A DNA stretch of 64,000 bases from Azolla caroliniana (taxonomy: Eukaryota; Plantae; Polypodiophyta): contig JBHGNT010000014.1 in NCBI GenBank assembly GCA_043228905.1, positions 18,600,001 through 18,664,000 on the forward strand. Reading direction: 5' to 3'. Both the position numbers and the translations under genes were made by a program. Shown in pieces: positions 50,131-63,180 of the stretch. Position 1 is the first letter of the stretch, and each line of letters begins with the position of its first letter. The notes beneath the pieces were generated by a model that did no database searches, was not told the origin of the DNA, and saw nothing but the letters and a program-made list of their open reading frames with translations.

Positions 50131-52170
50131 AAAAGCACACAATTATATTAATTGTATGTAAAATCCACTTAGTTACAAGTTACAACACTTCTTAGTCTCC
50201 TCTACCTATCATATGCCTGCCTATGTAGGAAGAGGGACGTCCTGTAATGCCATTAAAAAAACTAAATATGCATTTGAGGAAATGACCACCCACATGCTCT
50301 AACATCCAAAAATTCCACATGAGAATACCTTTCAGCTTCTTTATATAGGCTTTCACCCCATGTCTATCTATTATCAAACATGAAAGCATTACGCATATTC
50401 CAATTGTGTTGTAGACCCCAACAACATAAAAATTGGAACAATATCTCTATCTCATCATTTGAACCATTTTGAACATATTGAGAAAAAACCCATTGTTGAC
50501 ATCTCAAACAACAACGCATTAAAACTTGTCAAATGTCCGATAAGTACTTCCAAATGGTACACCCTATAGGACATTTAATGAACCTATGTGTACTATCCTC
50601 CAATGGAACGGTGCAAAAGAAATAAGTGTCAGGCCCTAGTCCTCGTCTCTTTAAGGCCGACCCTAACGAAAACCCACCAATCATGACTCTCCATATCAAT
50701 ACCTTTGCACGAAATGGTAGATGGGAATGCCAACCACGTTGTAATATTTTCCACCACCTTGCATCTGACTTACAAACATTCCACAACTTCGTTGCTTTAG
50801 GAGATAACCAAGATAATGATGCCATCGCATGATGATACAATATATCTGTAGTGACCTATAATAAGCGTGTATCATCTTGTAATCGTCAATCCACCCAATG
50901 TGCAAAATTTGTTTTCAATGGCAAAGATCCTTGCAACAATGGTATATCTTGTAATTTCTCCCAAATAAATCCATAATTTGGGGGAATACATAACCATCGC
51001 TTGGCATCTTCAAAATCTGACAACCTTTGAGATTCATTATCAACCACATCTTCTAAATGTACAATCCTCAATCGAAATAAATGATTGAATTGAGATCTCA
51101 ACTTCTCTTTCCCATGCCAAAACAACATTCGAGAAGAAACAAGCAATTCATTTTGTAATGAATTACAATATTCTCGATCACTTGATGGTTCCCATTCAAA
51201 AGGAGGTAATGCATCTTGCCACGACCTTATCAAATGTTGTCCACATACAGAATGTCGAATCTTTAGAGGAATACATCCATTGAGTAATGACCACCGGGAT
51301 GCTTGAATCTTTGTTTTCCCGTGCACCAATCCTTCATGCTCGATAATAATATTGCATCATAGATATCCATGGTTGATCTTGTTGACATATATGTCGTGAT
51401 AATGCAAATCTACGAGTCATCAAATGCCTTTCCAAATCCAATATTGTTGCACCACCTAACCTTTTAGAAGTAGCCAAATGGTCTCATGAAATCCATGTAA
51501 CTCCCATCATTTCGCCCTTTTGCCACAACATGAACCGAATAAGTTGTAGCATGTTTTGTAATGCCTTTTTAGTCTAAGGTAGTAAAGGCAAAAAATATAA
51601 TAACATGGGTATCAATATACATTGCACCACTTTGAGTCGTACATGAAAGGGCCATAATATACATAAAGTCCTTCAATTTACTACCAATCCAATCAAGCAA
51701 TTGAACATTTGTAACATCAACACCCAATGGATAACCCAAATGTCGATAAATTGATCCTCGTGTAAACACTGACCCTCGCCATCCAAAACATTCTAAATTA
51801 CTCTTTGTACAAGAAATAAGGCGAGACTTCCTCCAATTTATATACAACCCTAAAGCCTACTTGCATACTCCTTTCAAGATTTTCTTTTGAGGCTTGTAAA
51901 AACATAAAAGAATCATCAACCAATGCGTGTGCCACCAATTGTCCACCAGAAGGAATGCAAAACCACAATATCACCACTAGCCACAATATTTGACAACATT
52001 ACTAACAAAGTACATGTAACAATAACAAATAACAATGGGCTTCGTGGACATCCTTGCCGCATGGATCTAGAAAGAAACACTTTCGGAGTAACTCCACCAT
52101 TAAGCATCACACGCGAGTTTGCTTTTTTCCTTAGGAAAAAGATAAGTCGACACATACGAGGACCAAACAT
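50128..52170 (-). mobile_element. L1/Tx1-like LINE copy B (diverged subfamily), 5-prime truncated within RT
   Basis: VMLNGGVT..MRQGCPRSPLLF, ALVDDSF, RHLGYPLGVD and PFRAKVLIWR..FFCTVPLEDSTHRFIKC. Flanked by (CT)n on both sides (50090-50127 and 52171-52185). Confidence 0.9.
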
Positions 52171-52342
52171 CTCTCTCTCTCTCTCATATTATTTCGTTAC
52201 TTCATATTTTCGATCGTAAACATAACGTGTTGTGTGTGTCTGCTCGCTTGATTTTGTGAATAGAGTCTTATGGACATGTGGATCATCTGCACAAGTTATA
52301 GCATCAGGTAGACGAGAGAGAGACAAAAACAGAGAGCCTAGA

Positions 52343-52412
52343 TGGATGTAGCTCAGTTGGTAAGGTTGCCCACTGGAGACCGGGTGGTCATAGGTTCAAC
52401 CCCTACATTCCA
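52343..52412 (+). other. tRNA-like sequence (pseudo-tRNA or SINE head)
   Basis: GGATGTAGCTCAGTTGGTAAG (A-box/D-arm), TAGGTTCAACCCCTA (T-arm) and ACATTCC. The anticodon arm is imperfect. Confidence 0.6.
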
Positions 52413-52461
52413 CAGTGGCATCTAGTGAAATAGAGATATATATGAAGTATATAATAGAGAG

Positions 52462-52530
52462 GTGAGGAAATTGGGTTTCGAACCCAAGACACAGTGCTTG
52501 TAGTGTTATCGACTTACCACTAGGGTAAAC
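52462..52530 (-). other. Second tRNA-like sequence, convergent with the first
   Basis: The minus strand has A-box-like TACCCTAGTGGTAAG and a perfect T-arm TTGGG-TTCGAAA-CCCAA. Confidence 0.55.
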
Positions 52531-53613
52531 TAATTATGATAAAAAAGAGAGAGAAGGTTCGTGAACATTATGGCCAAGAGAGGGGTAGCTCCTCTAAAGA
52601 TCATATGGGGGTGTCTTATGCACCTAATTATGATCAATTGAGAAGAAGGTCAAAACCGTGGCAAGGTTCATTGTATCAACAATCTAATCAAGGGACAAAA
52701 CCTTTCAACCTTAGATTTGATAAGAATGGTCAAATCAATCTACCATTACACAAACAAAATTGGAAAAAAAATAGTTCGCGGGGTACAATGATATCCACCG
52801 ATAGACATCAACCATCTATGCAAAATGCATTTGCAGTTTTAAGTGATTATTTGGGGGATATACCCAGCATATTGGCACAACGGGAATGTGAACAGGCCAA
52901 CAAACATCCTAATTAGTGATTAATGAAAATAGTCACATGGAATGTAAGGGGAATTTGTTCTTCGTCTAAGCGATTAGTATGTGGAAAACTATTTTTATTA
53001 GTCAATGGGATGTATTATGTGCAGTAGAACATAAGGAGCATGCTAGGTCTGGGTCTTCTCTTCAATATAAGCAATATCATGTGTTTTATGTTGGGGTCAT
53101 TGGAGGGTTATATTAAGGCATAATGCTTATTGTAAGGGACAACTTGAAACCAATAGCGGTTCAAAGAGATGTTCATGGTCGGTTCTTGGTGTTTGAAGTT
53201 AATTACGAAGGGAATAAGATTTCGGTGGTAGGTATTTATGCACCAAATGTTGCAGGACAACGTATCAATCTGTGGAGAGCTTTACATCAAGTTTTATGCC
53301 ATGGAAGAGTAGGTTTTTTGTTAGGTGATTTTAACATGTGTTTAGAGGTGGGTCAATCTACTTCGATGCATGGCCTCATGGATGCTCCTTAACAAGAGGT
53401 TTGGGATTTTTTTATGATGGAGGTCTTAAGGTATGATGCATGGACTTGGAATAATGGACATGAGGTTGGTTATACTTTTCAATCTGCACAATATAGATCG
53501 ACTTGGAGTAGATTGGATCGAATCTACATTATGCATGATGAGACATTCTTGTCATCGCTTATGACTATGCAAGTGTATAGGGGGATTGGATTATCAGGTC
53601 ACTTCCCGATTTT

Positions 53614-55791
53614 GTGTTGGACTACACACATCAAACTATGGATGATTTTAGATCGTTATTGGGAAAACCACCATTGCGGTTTACTTCATCTTTTCTTGGA
53701 CATAATAACTTTAAACATGCTATGGGACAATTGGTGGAAGAGTTAACTAGACAAGTCAATGTTCATGGTCTTTCATCATGGGATGTTTGTCTCTCTAATA
53801 TTCAACGCTTTACACGATATTATGGAATTCATCAAGCTTCCATCCGTAAACAAAAGATGAGTTTAATCCAACAATTTCTAGACAAATGTAATGCGTTGTT
53901 GGTGAAATGTCCATTTGATGATGTGTTGTTGGATATTCAAGAGGCATTGTCACATGCTTTACAAGTGTTAGAGGTTTGTAGTTATCAACAATCACGAGTG
54001 ATGGCTATGAAAAATGAAGTACATGATCATAATTGTCATTCACATAAGTTTTTCCATGGGTTGCATGCATCTCATGCTAGGATGAATGTGGTATGCGTAG
54101 AGATTGATGGAACTTTAAATACAAACCCACAAGTGATTATTGATGAGTGTGTTAAGCATTTCAAGAATCTTTTTGGGCAAGAAGGTAATCTAAATGATGA
54201 CATAATACAAGCGAGATCAATGTTCTTTAACTCAGTTACAACGATTGGTGGGCAACATGACATGTGGACCATGGAGGAGGATATACAAGAGGAGGAGTTC
54301 AAATATGTATTGTCACATCTCTCACTTGATAAAAGCCCGGGTTGGGATGGCATTACGAATGAGTTTTTTAAAGCATTTGTACAAGAACTCAAAGGTCCTC
54401 TAACAATGTTATTCCAAGAAGTGTGGAGTTCTGGTAAAATGCCTGATTCATGGAAAATAGGCCTGGTTAAGCTTATACCAAAAGTGGCATCTCCTATGTC
54501 TTTTGCTCAATGGAGACCGACATCATTAATGGGTGGGTTGTATAAGATATTTGCCAAAGTAATTGCAAATAGACTTCAAAAGGTATTGTCGTCTATGGTT
54601 CATCCAATGCAATATGGGTTTATTAAAGGAAGGGATATCTTGCATAATATTTTGAATGTGCAAATGGCAGTGGATTATGCAAAAGAATCCAAACAACAAA
54701 TTGTAATGGTAAAACTAGATATTGAGAAGGCATATGATCATGTAAGTTGGTCTTCTATTAATCAACTCTTGTCCCATATGGGTTTTGGGGAAAGGGTGTC
54801 TCGCATCCCCTTGTTGGTGGGATTAGGTGTAGTGTCACACATTATGTTAAATGGTGGAGTACCTAAAGCAATGCCATTGGCAATATCACTTCGACAAGGA
54901 TGCCCATTGAGTCCATTGTTATTTGCAATTGCTACACACCCAATTTTGGTGAATATACATGAGTTGGCAACATGTGGGGAAATAGCTGGACTAGCTCTGC
55001 CATCAGGAAAACAATTGATAGCACAAGCATTGGCCGATGATTCGTTCTTATTTCTCAAAGCGGTACCGGATAATATAGCAAAAGACATGGAGGTGTGGAA
55101 TGTGTTTGCATTGGCGTCAGGATTACATATAAATATGCAAAAGTCAATGCTCATTAGATGCACTGAGCGTCATTTGGTGGATCTTGGATGGTGTGGCCAA
55201 ATATTGGATCAAGGCAATGTGTGTCGGCACTTAGGTTACCCTATTGGTGTTGATATCTCAACGTCTCAAAGTTTGAATTGGATATCAGGGACCATTTTAG
55301 ACAAATTTATGTATTGGAAGTCTCTAGCATGGCCATTTAGTACTCATCTCAAAGTGGTACAAGCTATAATGATTCTAATGATTTCTTATTTTTTGTCATT
55401 ATTACCTTGGACAAAGAAATCACTTGATCAATTAGCTCGTTCACTTAAATATACATTGTGGAAGAAAGAATCAAGATTGGGTATGAGTTGGGTATCATGG
55501 AACAATATTTGTACTCCAAAACTGTTAGGGGGAGTTGCATTACTAAATTTGGAGGATCATATGGTGGCTCGAAGATTCAATCTATTGAAAGGTATGTGCA
55601 TAGGTACCCAACCTTGGGCAGAAATAATTTGTTATTTTGTGGAAAAGGTTGGTATATACCATGGGGAAACCAGAATTAGAACAACATGGTGGCATGTTGT
55701 TAATAGTACCCGTGCATTTAAATGTTCAGAATCTATTATGGTCCAACAATTAGTGCTTTCTTGGCAGCGATGCTTGGAATTATTTCATTAG
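53614..55791 (+). pseudogene. LINE ORF2 reverse transcriptase, longest open segment
   Basis: Canonical non-LTR RT motifs; flanking parts of ORF2 carry stops and frameshifts. Confidence 0.92.
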
Positions 55792-56442
55792 AGCCCCCCT
55801 AAGTGTAGAAAAGATACTAATTCCTTGGCGGCAGAGGTATTGGCATCTTCAAGGCTACTACATTGGGATGGAAAAGAAAGCCTAAATACACAGTTTAATC
55901 AAATGGCCAGGCTGGGATTGGTAACGGTGGAAGATGGTATATTGCAGTCATGTAGGAAAATGATGGCCTTTAGGACAATTAGAAATAAGTTTCATATACC
56001 ACAGGGATATGGGTACATTTGGGAATCAATATTGGCATTGCCTAGATTAGTTTTCCCGATTCCAATGTTGCTAGTTGCGGACCCATGGAAAGATTGCTTG
56101 TTCGGTATTGGACAATCAATTTTTGTGGTGAACACTAATGATGTATACCATAAGTTGGTTGAAGATAGAGCTTGGTTAGCAACCAAGGTTGCAAACACAT
56201 GGTATATTACTCGACATGCAAAGTGGTGGACTAGAGTTTTGGATGCAAGATGGTAGTCTCATCCTTCCGTTTCGTGCTAAGGTGTTTCTTTGGCGTGTGA
56301 TTGTTGGTGGGTTGCCATTGGCGATGACTTTAAAACGGCGAAATATTTCAAATGGGACATGTTTTTTTTGCACGGTGGTTGAGGAAGATGCTAGACATAG
56401 GTTCATTACATGTCTGATTGCTAAAGCCATTTGGGTGGTTAT

Positions 56443-59400
56443 TAGCAATGGGCACGGTTTCGGCTCAAACCGAACCGAACCGAAAAACCGTGGCTTAACG
56501 GTTTATCGGTTCAAAATTAAATAATGAGTTTGGTTTGGTTTAAAGAATGTAAGTTCGGTTTGGTTTCGGTTAAGTTTGGTTTAACATTTATCGGTTTTAT
56601 CGGTTTTATCGGTTTAACGGTTTCTATTAATTTGGTTTGGTTTATAGGTTTATAGGTTCTTACCCTACCCCTAAATTTTCAATTTTATAAATTATACCCT
56701 TCCTATTTTTACTATGGGCATTTGCCATTGGGCATTGGGTAATAGTTTATAGACCTAAAGGCTAAGACTACTATCGAACAGAAGGGATTAAGGAGGCGCA
56801 CTACGCAGGTGGCACTGTGCAGGCAGAGGCGGCAACGACCAATCACCACTTCATTGCTCTTCAGACTCTAGAGTGCAGACTTCTAACTTCTAAGTTCTAA
56901 TCGTGTTCTTTTCTCCACTCCTCAATTATCCATACTCCAGTCCTCTTATTGTTGCTATTGCCGCCTATAACACATGTATGATTCATCTCTGAATCTAAAG
57001 TTGAATCAGGTTCATTTCCACCATTTGTTCACCCAAAAGAAAATATGGATGGCTCCTAATTGTTGCAAATCAAACGAGAAAACCCAACTTTGTTTGCGAG
57101 AGAAGTAACACCTACATGCATCCATACATCCATGGACCATACACACACATACATGCACATATACAGGTTATAGAAAAGTCAAGATTTATATCCAGAAACA
57201 AATAACTGTGAAGAAGTGAATATAGACATAATGATATAGGGCCATGAAGAAATGATGATAATAAATACTGTCACACACGTGTCTCATGTTTTATTTTCTC
57301 TAATGGCACTAGAATTCTAAGAGTTTGGATTTCCATAAGCTTAAAGGGTCTTAAGTGCAAGATACATCCACCTCATAAAAAGCTCTTTTTTTCAGACACA
57401 CAATCATCAAAAGCTTTGATTTTCATGATTTTCATGATTTTTTTCTACAAGCAGAGAATGAGATTTTTTATGTCAATCCATTTCTCTTTCATATCCTAAT
57501 TTACTGATCCGTGAGGGTAAAATTTAGCAACACATAATGTTTTTCTTTCACAATTCTATTATATTTAGATGCAGACCGTGCTGAAGCAAAAACACTTAGT
57601 CTCTGAACAAAAAAAAGTGATCACAATGAATTCACTTGCCAATGTCAAGAAGAAAGTAACCCCCTTTGATGTTTTGTGAGCCTATTGCCAAATTAGTATT
57701 TGGCAACTAAATTATTTTCAAAATGATCTCATGTGGTTTTCTCAAGTCAAATTTTTGCCACACAATTAACATTACAAAGGATAAGATTTGAATTGAGGTA
57801 CATTTTATTCATGAGAAACCCACACCCATGTTTAAGAGAATGATTTCCCAAAATAAGAATTATGCCAATCTAATTTTGTCCTAACTTAGTTGAATCTAAG
57901 GGCTTTGATCCAGTTTTCTCCCTTTCTGCAATGAATACATTCTGCTCGTTCACATTATGATCATTTTGCAAGTCCATGCCAGAATCACCCATGCTATTGT
58001 CGATCTGAGTTTTTCCTAATGTGGAAATCGGCCCCAATATGGTCAAATTTGGGGTCTCTTTTTCATTTTCCTCCTTGTCAGCAAATCTGAAGACATTTTG
58101 CTCCTCGGCATTGGAACCATTTCCAGAATTGGTAATGGTATTACCAATCTAAGCTTGTCCTAACCCAATTGAATCTATGGGCTTTGACCCAATTTTCTCT
58201 CTTTCTACAATGAATACATTCTAGTCATTCACATCTTGATCATTTTGCAAATCCATGCCAGAGTCAACCATGGCATCGTCGATCTGAGTTTTTCCTAATA
58301 TGGTTTAATTTGGGGTCTGTGATTCATTTTCCTCCTTATTTGTAAATCTGAAGATATTTTGCTCATTAACTTCTTGATCATTTTGCAATGTGGACATTGA
58401 CCCTAATCCAGTTTTTCCTAATGTGGAAATTGACCCTAATCCAGTTTTATCCCTTTTTGCATCTAAAACATTTTGCTCATTAACTTCTTGATCATTTTGC
58501 AAGACCATTCCAGATTCAACAATGGCACTGTTAATCTAAGTTTGTTCTAATGTCAAAATTGATTCTCTTTCTGCATTCAAATCATTTTGATAAGGTGAAT
58601 CTGATTCATGGTAGGTAAAATTGAAGGTTTCTAGCAAAGAAACTTGTAGATATGTTCAAAGAAACATGATAAAATGTTATACCTCTAGTTTCCACCCGAT
58701 ATGTTCAACTAAACTATGTTCAGAAATAGCACCGATTATTTGGCTATCAAAATTGTGTACATATATTGGCTTGATTTGATTATCAAGGTCCAAACTTACG
58801 TGCTCTGATTGAAGTTATCTTCGCAATAATTAACCCTAGCTCTATTTATTTCTAGCTTCATAATAAGCATTTTATGCATACATATTTTGCATTGGATTGT
58901 TGAACAATACTCGTAAAGACAACTGATGTATTAACATGTACAATCTTTCTTTCTCTGAAGTGTAACAATGTGTTAACATGTCTTCTTTCTCTGAAGTGTT
59001 TATAACAATTTAGAATTATGGTCTTGTAGAATGTTTGCCATTGGACACAATGGTTGTTTTTCTGTTCTTAGCTAACTTAGCAAACTTTCTATTTCATTTA
59101 TTTATCTCATTATCATGTATTTGAAATGTGCTAATTGAGTTAATTGAATTTTATAGGAACACCATAAAATGGAATCATCATCTCAAACTAATGTTGCAGT
59201 GGACTCATCTTCAATTGATGTTAGCCGTGGGTCAACAAGTAGCTCAAGAAAAAGGCAACGCACATCATGGACAGATGCTCACATCATATTTTATATGGAT
59301 AATGGCACACCTCGACGACGATGCCATCATTGCCATGTTTGTTGGTCTTCTACAACATCCATAGGCACTATAGCTAAACATTTAGCAGAAAAGCATCGTT

Positions 59401-62072
59401 TATCAAAGCGATCTTGACCAAAATTCAGGTATATCATAGCACATTCAATCTTCAATTGAGTCTGCTAGAGTATCTCATGTTTTAGAGAAGAAAATTGATG
59501 TTGCCATCACGAAGTATATTGTGAAGGGAACATTGCCCCATGCACATGTGGAATCACCTGAATTTAAGGAGTTCATACAACAAATTGTACCCAGATATCA
59601 AGTAAAGACAAGACGCACGATTAAGCGTTCCATCCTAGAAATGTATGTGGTGTTGCGTCATCAGGTGATTGATTTGCTATCGAAATGCCAATCAAGATTT
59701 TCCATAACTTTTGATGGTTGGTCAAATCGTAGTTTGAAGGGCTTCTACTCAGTGACACTTCATTGGGCATGTCATGAGACAGCAAGGTCGAGGTCAATGT
59801 TATTGGATTTTGTGCATGTATTTCTAGGTGTTGGATCAGGGAAACGTTGTGCACATGCCCTCTTTGCTCGACTTCGATCCTTTGATATTTCTAGTCGCCT
59901 CTTAGCTACAATTTTTGATGGAGCGAGTGATGCACAAGTAGCTGCAAAGGAGTTGAGCATGTTGTTACAAGATGAGCATGGTAAGGAAATTTTGGCTCCA
60001 TCACATATGTTAAGATGTATGGTACACACTTTTCAGTTGGGTATCAAGGCAGCATTAGAGGTTATCTCACCCTCAACAAAAAAGTTGAGAACAATGCTCC
60101 ATACTATTAGATCTAGCAAGGTTCGAAGGGAAGTGTTTAGGAAGTATGCTAGGATGGTTGAACATCATCAAAGGGAACCCCCAAGGCTTGATGTTGTTAC
60201 AAGATGGAATTCTACCTTGGAAATGTTTAGGCAAGCTATCAGGGATAGAGATGTATTGAATTTTACAATTTCAAATTTAACAATATCAAGTGATTTCAAT
60301 GGTTATGTCTTGACCGGAGAATATTGGAGTCACATACATGCCATGGCGGAATGGCTAGATACACCGGCCGAGGTTTCTACTTTTCTGGGAGGGTCAAGAT
60401 ATCCTACATTATCACTAGCATCGCTAGCATATAATTGTTTACTAAATCATTGCAATCAAATTTTAGATTCTTCACTTCCAGGATCATCTAGATTCACACA
60501 AGAGGTACTTCAAAGAGCGTCTGAGAACTGCTTACAATATTTAATTAAGTATCAAGAATCGTTAAAGTCTATTCCATCTCGCATAACAATGTTTCTTGAT
60601 CCCAGGTAATGCTTACCTTTATATCTTACAATTATCATCATGATTTCTGATTTTTTGTTTGAGTTTAAAACCGTTTTATTTGTTTTGTAGATTGCCTCTT
60701 CCAAATAATCATACAGAAAGAGAGTTAGATATTAAGTTGGTTGAAAGCATGATTGAGTCCCATTATCACTCATTCACGAGTGATGTTGAACCACCTTCGG
60801 CTTCAACCACAATACATGAAAATGATAAGAACTCTAAAATTTGGACGTTAATGGGTGTAAATAATAAAAGTCTTGTTTCTGATTCACGATCAGAAATTGA
60901 GCACTTTATGAGACTTCCTTCGGCTGGCACGGACAAGGATCCTTTACAATGGTGGAATGATAATAAATCGGCAATGCCTTCACTATATAGGATGGCATGT
61001 GATTACCTCACTATACCAGCATCATCAGTACCTGCTGAAGAGGCTAATTCGGCAGCAAAAATGACCTTTGATAACAAGATCAAACTACATTCATGCACTT
61101 TCAAAGTTGAAATGTGCATTCGATATTGGATGAATGTTTTAAAAGAATGTAATGTTCAGTTGATAGATAATTTTCACACCACTTATGCAGAACTAACAAT
61201 GAATTTGGATTATCTTGTTGCTAAAGACGAGGTAATAGATTACATATTACATGATAGTCAAAGGAAAATTAAGGTGTGCATACTTGTTACTTGGTTGCTT
61301 TTTATTTTAGTCTTTACTTAAAATATTTTTATTAATAATTACTTAATTGTTTTTATGTATTTTATATGTACAGGAATCATGTTGATTTTTGGCAAGTTAA
61401 CGACAATAGTGTTTGCAATTGGAGATCTTCAAAGTCATTGTAATTTTTATTACATACTAATTACTATTTTGTTTTTTATTCAATTCTTTAAATTTGTTAT
61501 TACGAATTACTTAAGTCTTTTGCGTATTTTATACTTTCAGGAATCCCTTATTCAAACATTGGAAACAAAAGGCTGGATTAAGTTTACATATATGGTCCTA
61601 TGGATTTGGAACTTTATTATATGGATTGTTGTTGTTAAGTTACATATATGGATTTCAACATATATAGATTTGAAGTTTGAACTCTATTGTATGGATTTTT
61701 GTTATTATTCCAAAAAACATTTATCTTTTTATGTTATATATTATCATTTTTCACAAACTAGCAATTTTCAGAAAATGTGTTGTAAATTTCTGTTATTTTA
61801 TAGTGTTCTAGTCTTTGATTTGGTTCAATTTATAGTTTCGTGTTGGTTGGATTATGTCAAAAAAAATTTGGTTTGGTTTGGTTTTGATTTTTGATAAACC
61901 AGTTTGGTTTGGTTCTACATTTTACGTAAACAGTTTGGTTTCTCCGACATATTAAACGGTTTGGTTTAAATAGTTTGGTTTAAATGGCTTCAAAAAATTT
62001 AAATGGTTTGGTTTAGTTTGGTTTGGTTTGGTTTCAATGTCAAGAAACTGAACCGAACCGCGCCCATTGCTA
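56443..62072 (+). mobile_element. hAT DNA transposon, 5.63 kb, with decayed transposase
   Basis: TIR TAGCAATGGGC(A/G)CGGTT at both ends, perfect 8-bp TSD GTGGTTAT (56435-56442 and 62073-62080) and GGTTT/AACCG subterminal arrays. Confidence 0.96.
59169..61385 (+). pseudogene. hAT transposase (BED finger, DDE core, dimerization domain) with a frameshift and stop near 59410-59440
   Basis: RRCHHC..TIAKHLAEKH; SITFDGWS; RCMVHTFQL; DVVTRWNST; FLDPR joined across GT-AG intron 60606-60690; DPLQWW..MACDYLTIPASSVPAE. A second probable intron is 61274-61373. Confidence 0.92.
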
Positions 62073-63078
62073 GTGGTTATATCACAAATTGGGCATCGAT
62101 AACAGACAATATTTTGTCACCTTTTAATTGGGTTTTTATTGATGACGATAAAGGCATGCTTGCACCATCATATAAGGTTGTGTTTGACTACCTTAGGTAT
62201 TGGGGGATGTAGTTTAACTGGACCATGAGAAATGGGTTCTTGTTTGATGGAATTCATGGGGTAACACAACAACTTCGTAGGATGAAAGGGAAATTGAAGT
62301 GGCAATTTTCGCAACTATGTTGTTTGGGGACATTGTCCCGAGAGGAGATAGAGGTATGCCATCTAGTTTTGCAACACTTGAGAGGGTTTCCCATGCATTA
62401 TCACTACTCATGACGTAGTGAAGATAGCAAGGGTTGTATTATCATCTTGTTTTAATAACAAAACATTGATTTACGAAAAAAAAAAAGGTCCTAAATGCAA
62501 CTAGCATTTCAAATTGTCACTACAAGCAACAACCTTCATATGGAGATTATTGATTTGGGGTTTAGCTTTGGGATTGCCTCTAAAGAGACGTGAATTACCA
62601 ACATGCAGTTGCTTCTTTTGCATTGATCAATAGAAGATACTACTCATTGTTTTGTACATTGTCTGATTGCTCCTCACATTCAGGGTTATGTTTCTTAGGT
62701 TTGGAAGTTTTGTCACGTTGTTATTTGATGACAAGACCACTTGTATTCGCACAATTTACATAGTGTGGCCCAAGATCTGAGGTGGAGATCATTTTCCTCT
62801 TTTTAAGATATTGGGGATTACATCATAATCATGATATGCATAATGCTTTTTTATTTGATTGTAGGTGTGGAGTTAGAACATATTTTAAAAGTTCAAGGGC
62901 GTATTGATGTGGCAAATTTGTTTATTGGAGCAATTTAAAATTCTTTCCTCAGTGGGAAGTTCGTCTTGCCTATTGGCAATTCGGCATGTCCCACTACCCA
63001 TGCAATGGCATCACTTGGTTTTGGTACCATTATATGTTTTTCATGTGCATTTATTAATAGAATTGTGAGTTTTCATAA

Positions 63079-63134
<56 letters not shown>

Positions 63135-63180
63135 TAACATCGATTTCAAAGGTCAAATATGACCTATGAGGCCAAAACTA
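63079..63180. repeat. (GA)n microsatellite followed by a weak RTE-X-like tail remnant
   Basis: GA run 63080-63131, then TTAACATC..AAAGGTCAAATATGACCTATGAGGC, similar to 20550-20586. Confidence 0.7.

Larger units (their letters stand above)
52540..62486 (+). mobile_element. L1/Tx1-like LINE copy C, interrupted by a hAT transposon
   Basis: ORF1 tail 52536-52916, then ORF2 from ATG 52923 (MKIVTWNVRG). The 725-aa open stretch 53614-55791 has KSPGWDG, WRPTSL, QYGFIKGR, LDIEKAYD, RQGCPLSPLLF and LADD. The sequence resumes after 62080 and ends in poly-A at 62476-62486. Confidence 0.95.

Noticed and set aside
52343-52412. Functional tRNA gene
   Set aside because: The anticodon and acceptor stems are imperfect and there is no oligo-T terminator. 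Kept only as tRNA-like.
59169-61385. Domesticated or active transposase gene
   Set aside because: There is a frameshift plus TAG after the BED finger, and the intact TIR/TSD show a mobile, decayed copy.
61355-61894. 179-aa hydrophobic ORF
   Set aside because: It is the T-rich 3-prime/subterminal region of the hAT, with no recognisable domain.
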